NCBI GenBank assembly: GCA_029977605.1 | Contig: JAPOKN010000004.1 | Span: 1 to 46,068 of the forward strand | From: Methanobacteriota archaeon | GTDB lineage: Archaea; Thermoplasmatota; Poseidoniia; MGIII; CG-Epi1 | Length of the DNA: 46,068 nucleotides | Reading direction: 5' to 3' | Shown here: one piece after another, positions 36,400-43,636 of the stretch | Layout: every line of letters starts with the position of its first letter | How positions within the stretch are numbered: the first letter of the stretch is position 1 | The notes under the pieces: generated by a model | The model's database searches: none | What the model saw: only the letters and a program-made list of their open reading frames with translations | Told to the model about the DNA's origin: nothing | Made by a program: the position numbers and the translations under genes

Positions 36400-37158
36400 T
36401 TAATTTCTACGCAGTAGTGTTAATAATCCTATTGATAAGATGGAAAGGCTAAAACTAATACTTGGTGTTTTTTCATTTTCTCTTTCATTTGTAGGGGAAC
36501 TAACAAAGCCTTGTAAAGTTATAGATTTCACGTGAACTTCATAGAGAGGTCTATTCAGAGGGTCATTGGATGTAGGAACTTGGGCTACGGCTTTCACTAG
36601 TTCCATGCCTTCTCTTACAACTCCAAATACAGCATATCCGGGGTCGTCATCCTGTGAACGATTTCCATTGTCTAATCCATGCTGTGGTCCGTCACAAATG
36701 TAAAATTGACTTGAGGCCGAGTCAGGATCTACACTTCTAGCCATACCCACAGCTCCATTTATGTGAGTAAGATTTGCATTAGCTTCGAATGGAATATTCT
36801 CATCAGATCCATTACTCCCGCATGAGGGGTCGCTTGCAGGATAAGCCCCAACTGCAGTACAAGTTGGGTCGCCTGTTTGAATGACAAAATCATCAATTAC
36901 ACGGTGAAAGAAAATTCCATCATAGAATGATTGATTTACTAAACTAACAAAATTGTTAACTGTCACGGGAGCCCAATTATGAAATAATTCGATTACAATA
37001 TCTCCCTGAATGTCGTTACCACCACCAATTCCTGCATCATATGTTAGATTAATAACAACTACAGGATTTCCTTTGTAAGATTGTTCCATAGGGCTTGCCT
37101 CAGAGCTTCCATTTGGAATAAAAAGCATCAATATCAAAAGAAAGACGGCAATTCTCAC
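36400..37158 (-). CDS. Secreted cyclophilin-type peptidyl-prolyl isomerase with C-terminal sorting signal
   Basis: Signal peptide; APVTVNNF, FYDGIFFHRVI..FVIQTGD, VGMAR..DPDSASSQFYI, YAVFG; tail TPSIS-TM-RRN. Confidence 0.92.
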   Translation of the reverse strand: MRIAVFLLILMLFIPNGSSEASPMEQSYKGNPVVVINLTYDAGIGGGNDIQGDIVIELFHNWAPVTVNNFVSLVNQSFYDGIFFHRVIDDFVIQTGDPTCTAVGAYPASDPSCGSNGSDENIPFEANANLTHINGAVGMARSVDPDSASSQFYICDGPQHGLDNGNRSQDDDPGYAVFGVVREGMELVKAVAQVPTSNDPLNRPLYEVHVKSITLQGFVSSPTNERENEKTPSISFSLSILSIGLLTLLRRN

Positions 37159-37234
37159 AATATACGTATTTTTGGCTAGTTTATAGCGGTTTAGTATACA
37201 GTAACTATTAAATCTCCTTGAAAACTAGATTTGT

Positions 37235-37594
37235 ATGGACATTAAGGTTACAGAGAATGCTAAATCGAAACTTTACGAGATGGGCGTATCAGAAGAAACG
37301 TTTCTACGAATCGGAGTAAAGTCTGGTGGTTGCTCAGGAAATACCTACGACGCAATACTCGATGATAATATGAGCGAAGTTGATGAAGTTTATTTTTCAG
37401 ATGGCAATCTTAGGATAGTTTCTGATAAAGTAAGTTCAGTTTTTCTAGACGGACTGACTGTTGATTTTTCAAATGATTTAATAGAGCCTGGTTTCAGACT
37501 TACAAATTCCAATGCTAAAGGATCTTGCGGTTGTGGCTCCAGCTTTAGTACAGGTGATCCCGCACCTAATGTTGATGTAAGCTTTACGGTTTAA
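37235..37594 (+). CDS. A-type Fe-S carrier (HesB/IscA/SufA family)
   Basis: LRIGVKSGGCSG, GLTVDF, SCGCGSSF. Confidence 0.93.
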   Translation: MDIKVTENAKSKLYEMGVSEETFLRIGVKSGGCSGNTYDAILDDNMSEVDEVYFSDGNLRIVSDKVSSVFLDGLTVDFSNDLIEPGFRLTNSNAKGSCGCGSSFSTGDPAPNVDVSFTV

Positions 37595-37596
37595 AA

Positions 37597-37815
37597 ATGG
37601 TTTTGAGTCCAGTATCAATACTCGGCGGAGATTCTGTTTATTGTATCAATGAAGCACAAATGAATCAAGCTAAGCAGTTAGCTGAAGAAGATCCAGAGTC
37701 ATCAATTAAAATTAAATCAATGATTAAAAGTTTAGAATCAGATTTTTCTAGAAATGAAAGGGCTGCACTTGCCTTTACAATAATTGATAATTTAAGAGAA
37801 AATAGAGATAAATAG
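37597..37815 (+). CDS. Small hypothetical helical protein
   Basis: Fits between the IscA-type and DUF2237 genes with 2-nt and 1-nt gaps. Confidence 0.6.
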   Translation: MVLSPVSILGGDSVYCINEAQMNQAKQLAEEDPESSIKIKSMIKSLESDFSRNERAALAFTIIDNLRENRDK

Positions 37816-37816
37816 A

Positions 37817-38182
37817 ATGGAAGAATCAATAAATGTCTTAGGAAGTAAGTTAGAGTCTTGCTCAACAGATCCTATGACGGGTTGGTTTAGAGATGGTTGT
37901 TGTAATACAGATAAACGAGATTATGGTAGGCATGTTGTATGTGCAGTTATGACCGATGTTTTCTTGGCATTTTCTAAAGGAGCAGGAAATGACCTCAGCT
38001 CTCCAGCACCAGGATTTTCAGGATTAAAGGAAGGAGACAGATGGTGCCTTTGCCTTTCAAGGTGGGTAGAAGCTTATGATTCAGGAATGGCACCTTACGT
38101 AGTTCTCGAAGCTACTCACGAATCTGCTTTAGAGATGGTAGCTTTAGAAAAGTTACAGGAATATGCTTACAAAGAAGTGTAA
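37817..38182 (+). CDS. DUF2237 family protein
   Basis: NVLG..L..CS.DPMTGWFRDGCC, H.VCA, GNDLS.P, GLK.GDRWCLC, ATHE.AL. Confidence 0.9.
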   Translation: MEESINVLGSKLESCSTDPMTGWFRDGCCNTDKRDYGRHVVCAVMTDVFLAFSKGAGNDLSSPAPGFSGLKEGDRWCLCLSRWVEAYDSGMAPYVVLEATHESALEMVALEKLQEYAYKEV

Positions 38183-38183
38183 T

Positions 38184-39119
38184 CTATTGATGTAAATCTT
38201 TTCTTGGGTCGTTATCAGTTCCCCAGTTCGTTACAAATTCTTTTGTTTTTTCGTATAACTCTTCAAATGAATCCCAAACATACAGTATTGGTTGATATTT
38301 CGTAACATCATATGCAAGAGTTTCCATTTCTTCAAAATTAGGTTTTCTATATTCAACCTCACCAGATGCACATGCATGTTCCATTTCACCAAAAGAAGAT
38401 AATAATCCAGGCCCTACTGATTTCACGTTTCCTTCTTCACGACAAGTTCCAAATTCAAGAACATACCAATAAACAGATCCAAGGCGATTGATTGCAGCTT
38501 CACTTTCAGTTCTCATATCAGCCTCTCCAAATAGAACATTAAGCTCAGCCCATTCAGGTACACCTAGCATTGCAGTGTGTCCAACAAGTTCGTGCACAAC
38601 ATCAGGTTCAGGCGTGTAAAATGGTCTTGACGAATGTCTAATATATTGTGTTGAAAGGAAAACTCGGTTTGCTAGAGCAGTGTGAAATGTTTTAGGATGA
38701 ACTAAGCCCCCAACAGGTTCTTGTCTGAAGCCAGTCATTTCTTCTAATGTCTCACTGACTTCTTGTAATTGTGGTATTCTATCGTTGGGTAATCCTAATT
38801 TTTTTGCATTTTCAAGATACTGTTTACATGCGTATTTTTCATGAACAGGAGTAATTCTTTCCATAATCGCAGCCCAAACCGCATCCTCATCTTCAGAGTA
38901 CGGAGCATGTGGAATCTTTTTTGTTCTTCTTTCGTCCATAGACATTTCATTCCATTCAAGTGCAATCTTAGCAATCTCATTTCTTCTTGATCTATAGCCT
39001 TCATCCTTGAATCCTGGATGGTCAGGGTCTAGTTCTACGAAAACGTTTCCACCAACTATTTTTACGGCAGAATTCGCTTCATCTGTTTCTTCACTTACTC
39101 CTTCAGATGGTCCGTGCAT
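38184..39119 (-). CDS. phhA: Phenylalanine 4-hydroxylase (pterin-dependent aromatic amino acid hydroxylase)
   Basis: DHPGF.D..YR.RR, STQYIRH, YTPEPDVVHELVGH (two Fe-binding His), YW..LEFG (Fe-binding Glu), GLLSSFGE, YQP. Confidence 0.93.
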   Translation of the reverse strand: MHGPSEGVSEETDEANSAVKIVGGNVFVELDPDHPGFKDEGYRSRRNEIAKIALEWNEMSMDERRTKKIPHAPYSEDEDAVWAAIMERITPVHEKYACKQYLENAKKLGLPNDRIPQLQEVSETLEEMTGFRQEPVGGLVHPKTFHTALANRVFLSTQYIRHSSRPFYTPEPDVVHELVGHTAMLGVPEWAELNVLFGEADMRTESEAAINRLGSVYWYVLEFGTCREEGNVKSVGPGLLSSFGEMEHACASGEVEYRKPNFEEMETLAYDVTKYQPILYVWDSFEELYEKTKEFVTNWGTDNDPRKDLHQ

Positions 39120-39231
39120 AATATATCACTAATACCCATATGAAGCCTCTAATAAATGTCTTTGTTTATTTTAGTTGAATTTAGCGATGTTTAATGTTAC
39201 TTATTTATATGTTAATGATAATGTTTACTTA

Positions 39232-39726
39232 ATGAGTATGGAATCGGAAGACAGGTCATTGAAAATTATAATGTTCATTTCTTTCATTGGCCTAATCGAT
39301 GCGATATATTTGTCTTATTTACATCATTTGATTTCCCAAGGGGCTGGCTGTCCAACAGAAAATCTTCCAGGTTTAGATTGTGGCGTAGTTCTGGCAAGCG
39401 ATCAGGCAAAATTATTCGGTATTCCAGTCGCTTGGTTGGGAGTTGTTGGATTTTTGATGCTAATTGGATTGTCTTTAGATAGATATCTAAATATGGACTT
39501 AGAACGTACTTACTACAATAAAATTCTTTTACCAATCACTGGAGTTATTGGTGTTATTTTCGGTTCATATCTAACTTATGCAGAGGCATTCATAATTCAT
39601 GAATGGTGTCCTTTTTGCGTAGTCGCTTTTGTTTTGACAATCGCAGCAACTTTTTTCTGCATAACTGAATATGGTAGTGAAATAAAGGAGTTAATTAACA
39701 AAAATGGCATCGAAGAGGAAGCGTAA
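39232..39726 (+). CDS. Vitamin K epoxide reductase (VKOR) family disulfide-bond protein
   Basis: Loop Cys pair (GCPT...DCG.VLAS), FGIPVA..G, active-site WCPFC, four TM helices. Start likely ATG 39232 or 39238. Confidence 0.9.
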   Translation: MSMESEDRSLKIIMFISFIGLIDAIYLSYLHHLISQGAGCPTENLPGLDCGVVLASDQAKLFGIPVAWLGVVGFLMLIGLSLDRYLNMDLERTYYNKILLPITGVIGVIFGSYLTYAEAFIIHEWCPFCVVAFVLTIAATFFCITEYGSEIKELINKNGIEEEA

Positions 39727-40306
39727 ACTAGAAAAAAAATCATCTAAAGATTTTAAAGATAAAATGCAAGCTAGGAGAGCTTCAGCTAATGATGCATTAT
39801 GGACCTACGGCCTTCCTTTAGCAGTTATTTTAGTGGTAGGATTAGGAGTATATTTTGCTTTTTTCTATGAGATGGGCGACCCTCGTGCAGAAGAATGGGA
39901 GCTTGAAGATCCTCAGTCAGGCGAAGTTTATGCATCAGAAGATTATTACAATAACCGCTTAACAATTGTTGAATTTTTTAACACTAAATGCGGAGCTTGC
40001 CAGACTCAAGCGCCAATTTTGAACGATGTCCATGCAAATTATTCCTCACAAGTAGATATGTTTGCAATAGGTGGCTACAAGTTAGGGAGTGGGCAAGATT
40101 CAGCTTCAAGTATTGCAAACTTCAAAATAGAGTATAATATGCAATTTCCTCATTTATATGACCCCTCTGGAGATTTGATGCGAGATTATGGTTTTTCATC
40201 TTATCCTTCTTTAGCTTTTATCAAAAATGGAGAAATTGTTTACAGCCACTCAGGCATATTATCAGAAAGTCGATTGGCTGCAGAAATTGAAAAACACCTC
40301 GAGTGA
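39704..40306 (+). CDS. Membrane-anchored TlpA/ResA-like thioredoxin
   Basis: Basic N-terminus plus TM; VEFFNTKCGAC; cis-Pro loop SYPS. Confidence 0.88.
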   Translation: MASKRKRKLEKKSSKDFKDKMQARRASANDALWTYGLPLAVILVVGLGVYFAFFYEMGDPRAEEWELEDPQSGEVYASEDYYNNRLTIVEFFNTKCGACQTQAPILNDVHANYSSQVDMFAIGGYKLGSGQDSASSIANFKIEYNMQFPHLYDPSGDLMRDYGFSSYPSLAFIKNGEIVYSHSGILSESRLAAEIEKHLE

Positions 40307-40340
40307 AAATTTTATATAAGTTTTAATCTGGAGTGAAAAT

Positions 40341-41816
40341 ATGAATCGAAGTATTCCAACAATTTTTATTGTTTTTATGTTCTTAGCATCAACAGGCTGT
40401 TTAGATGCACTAACTAATTCTGGAGATTCAGGTAAATTTTGGGGTGAGGACTGTGAAGACGTTTCTGAGGAAATTTGTCCATCAGGTGAAGCACCAGATT
40501 TTTCATTAGTTGATCAAAACGGAGATACAGTTAATTTGACATTATACGAGGATAAAATAGTGGTAGTTTCGTTTGTTTACACTTACTGTCCCGATATATG
40601 CCCAGCATTAACTTATCAGCTAAGAAAATTATCGGAAGAATTGGGCGACGATTATGGGGAATCTGTAGAATTTATCACAATAACTGTAGACCCTGAACGA
40701 GACACTCCTGAAAGATTAGCCTCTTTTGCAGCTAATAATAATGCAGACTGGAGATTTTTAACATCAGTTTCTAACGACTCGTTTGGAGACATGGTTTCTA
40801 TTTGGGCAGATTACAGAGTTTACGTTGACATTGATGAAGAAGCTTGCTCAGGCAATGGACATTACATGGAAGGATACGATGGATGCCATTGTAATCCAGG
40901 ATTTATGCAAGATTCAAATGATACATATTTCGGTAAAGACGTTTGTATTGAAGATCCTAATTACAGTAATCTAAATGTCTCATTTGAGCAAGGAAGTATA
41001 GAATACGATATTATTTTAGCATTGGAAGAATTTAATGAAGCTGCAGGAATAATAAGTGAAGATTTTGCGCTTCAAGCTATAGATGCTTACGTATCTCAAA
41101 CTTTCCCTTCAAGTTGGACAATGCCTGGCGTAGATAATACAACATACAAATCTAGAGATTATTACAATAACAACCTAACATTAATTGAGTTTTTTCATAC
41201 AGACTGTTCAGTTTGTAATGCACAAATTCCTGAACTTAAAGAATTCCATGCAAATTTTTCGAATCAAGTTGACGTAATATCAATTGGCGGATATTCACTA
41301 GGTGGCAATGTAGATGATATTTCTACCATTGAAGACTTCGCATCTGAGCACAATGTTTCTTGGCCTTATGTTCTTGATGAAGAGGGTACAATGATGACTA
41401 AGTTCGGACTAGAAAGTAGATATCCTAGTTGGGTACTATTAGAAGGCAATTTGTCATCGGGAATTCCACAAGTTGTTGATACTTTTGTAGGCAGAGAATC
41501 ATACGATGACTTAGTTTATAGAATAGATAATCGTTCATCTCCAATTAATGTCTCTGAACAACTTGTCGATATTATAGATTATTTTGGACACTGGAGTCAA
41601 GACCATATATCTGATACAGAAATGATATCTATCATCTCAGATTTACTAGGATATGAGTTTGAAAATGAAGTAGTTGAAGAGGTAGCTAATTATGGAGTTA
41701 GTCATTCTAATAAGTTATATCTGATAGATAAGGAAGGAAATGTTAGAGTAGTTTGGAGAGGAATAGAATGGACTTATGCCTCAGTTTACCATGATATTCA
41801 ACTTCTTATGTTGTAA
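40341..41816 (+). CDS. SCO1/SenC copper chaperone lipoprotein interrupted by EGF-like and thioredoxin inserts
   Basis: Lipobox STGC20; YTYC83PDIC87P and TVDPERDTPE; SCO C-terminal YGVSH455SNKLYLIDKEG; insert containing CSGNG..GCHCNPGF..C and C289SVC292. Confidence 0.88.
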   Translation: MNRSIPTIFIVFMFLASTGCLDALTNSGDSGKFWGEDCEDVSEEICPSGEAPDFSLVDQNGDTVNLTLYEDKIVVVSFVYTYCPDICPALTYQLRKLSEELGDDYGESVEFITITVDPERDTPERLASFAANNNADWRFLTSVSNDSFGDMVSIWADYRVYVDIDEEACSGNGHYMEGYDGCHCNPGFMQDSNDTYFGKDVCIEDPNYSNLNVSFEQGSIEYDIILALEEFNEAAGIISEDFALQAIDAYVSQTFPSSWTMPGVDNTTYKSRDYYNNNLTLIEFFHTDCSVCNAQIPELKEFHANFSNQVDVISIGGYSLGGNVDDISTIEDFASEHNVSWPYVLDEEGTMMTKFGLESRYPSWVLLEGNLSSGIPQVVDTFVGRESYDDLVYRIDNRSSPINVSEQLVDIIDYFGHWSQDHISDTEMISIISDLLGYEFENEVVEEVANYGVSHSNKLYLIDKEGNVRVVWRGIEWTYASVYHDIQLLML

Positions 41817-41838
41817 TACAAGTTAAGCCCATATACCC

Positions 41839-42303
41839 TTGTTCAGATTATATTTTATGACACTATTAGGATTCGGTGACGACAATTTAGTATTTTTTGA
41901 CTTTGAATTTAGTTATGTTAGTATAATCGGCGCGAGTATTTCGGTTTTTCTTGGTATTGTGATGACACAATCTGGTTTTGACAAGATATTTAATTGGGAA
42001 GGCGAATTAGATTTCATTACAGGTAAGTTTGCTAACACTCCCCTAGCTAATTTTTCTACATTTGGTTTAATTCAAGTTACAATATTTGAAATATTATCAG
42101 GCCTTTTGTCATTATTTGGGTCGCTTATGGCCTTATTTTACAATGATTATTCCTATGCAATAATGGGTTTAATTTTAGCAGCAAGTTCTTTAGCTATTCT
42201 AATGTTAGGTCAAAGAATCTCAAAAGACTATGAAGGAGCAGCAGTGTTAGTTCCTTACTATATTTTAACAATGTTTGGTCTATTTATCTACACTCAGTTT
42301 TAG
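41839..42303 (+). CDS. DoxX family membrane protein
   Basis: QSGFDKIFNW, E..SG, GQRISKDYEGAA; four TM helices; start uncertain. Confidence 0.8.
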   Translation: MFRLYFMTLLGFGDDNLVFFDFEFSYVSIIGASISVFLGIVMTQSGFDKIFNWEGELDFITGKFANTPLANFSTFGLIQVTIFEILSGLLSLFGSLMALFYNDYSYAIMGLILAASSLAILMLGQRISKDYEGAAVLVPYYILTMFGLFIYTQF

Positions 42304-42683
42304 AAACCACAAATAGTAGCCAAATCATCTACAGCACCAGGAGTTGTTAGCCCTACAGCTAAGAATAATACGGCTAAGAAAAACAGAGGTACAGATGCAG
42401 TCTGATAAACTAATGGAGGATCCCATGTCATGTGCATAAAGAATGAGCAAATATACCAGCATTTGATAAGTGCTATACCGAATAGAATTAGCATATTCAA
42501 TGCAAACGAATCAAATTCTTGAACAATTGCCAATACTTCTAGAATTGTCCAAAAAACTAGCCACGCAAATATTTTGATGAATCCATCTACAGGATCATCA
42601 GTATGCCCAAAAGTCACCCAGTCTGGGAAAGAATGGTCATGGTGTTCATCGTGGCTGTTTTCAGTTTTTGTTTCTTCACTCAT
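42300..42683 (-). CDS. Cytochrome c oxidase subunit IV (prokaryotic)
   Basis: L..WT.LEV, ALIK...I..FFMH; three TM helices; last gene of the cox run. Confidence 0.85.
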   Translation of the reverse strand: MSEETKTENSHDEHHDHSFPDWVTFGHTDDPVDGFIKIFAWLVFWTILEVLAIVQEFDSFALNMLILFGIALIKCWYICSFFMHMTWDPPLVYQTASVPLFFLAVLFLAVGLTTPGAVDDLATICGF

Positions 42684-42691
42684 TTTTTACC

Positions 42692-43636
42692 TCAATATAA
42701 ATAGAAAAATGGAAATACAAATACCCAAACCAAATCAACGTAGTGCCAGTATAGTCCAAATAGCTCAATAGTTTCATGGTTTTCTTCATTATATCCATCT
42801 TTGTTTGATTTTGCAATCAAGTATCCTAATGCAATTAGCCCAATGAAGACGTGAGCACCATGCATGCCTGTAGTAATGTAAAAAGTACTGCCTTCAATAC
42901 TAGTATCAAGCCAAAAACCATTTGCGTATTTTGGAGCAATACAATGGTCTGCGATGCTTTGTCCTGCTAAAACGTCACAACCGTTATGAGATTCGTCCCA
43001 GAAATTATAATGTCTCATTTCATTCCATTCCCACAACTTTAGAGCTAAGAACATAGCTCCTAGGACAAAGGTAACAGCCAAATATCTAGTAACTGCTTTT
43101 GGGTTATTGTTCTTAGCAGCATACAATGCTAACACAACAGTCAAACTGCTTAAAAGAAGTGCAAATGTATTAATCACTCCAAATATTAAGTGACTTCTGA
43201 TAACATCAGCAGCAGGTACCCAGCAATCTTCAAAGTATAATCCACAATCAATGTCTGGAGAATAGTCTGGCATTGACGCTCTGTATCTCAAATATGCACT
43301 TAATAATGTACTGAAAACCATGACTTCAGTTAATAGGAAAATCCACATTCCAAATTTTCGAGTTGAAATTGTATCCCAGAATTTATGATAAGTTTCTATG
43401 TGTTCATCTTCTTCACCTTCTAGATCCCAATAATCTTGAACCCACATGAAGAATGCTGTAAAAATTCCAATAAGTCCTATGATGAATACAAACCAGTAAC
43501 CCGTATCTCCTGTTTTATCTTCACCGCCAGCAGTGGCCATGACTAACCCAATAAACATAATTGCAGTTGCAACACAGAATAAGAAAGGCGCAGGAGTTTC
43601 TATGTGAGCATGATGCTCATCATGTTCATCACTCAT
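42692..43636 (-). CDS. coxC: Cytochrome c oxidase subunit III
   Basis: GMWIFLLTEVMVF, NT..LLLSS, FY.TTGMHGAHV, GLYWHYVDLVW. Start likely ATG 43636. Confidence 0.93.
   Translation of the reverse strand: MSDEHDEHHAHIETPAPFLFCVATAIMFIGLVMATAGGEDKTGDTGYWFVFIIGLIGIFTAFFMWVQDYWDLEGEEDEHIETYHKFWDTISTRKFGMWIFLLTEVMVFSTLLSAYLRYRASMPDYSPDIDCGLYFEDCWVPAADVIRSHLIFGVINTFALLLSSLTVVLALYAAKNNNPKAVTRYLAVTFVLGAMFLALKLWEWNEMRHYNFWDESHNGCDVLAGQSIADHCIAPKYANGFWLDTSIEGSTFYITTGMHGAHVFIGLIALGYLIAKSNKDGYNEENHETIELFGLYWHYVDLVWVFVFPFFYLY

Noticed and set aside
37665-37865. 66-aa minus-strand ORF
   Set aside because: It conflicts with two tightly packed plus-strand genes.
40827-41687. Intein as explanation for the SCO insert
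   Set aside because: No intein-like N-terminal block, no His-Asn terminus and no endonuclease motifs; the insert is a thioredoxin plus an EGF-like module.
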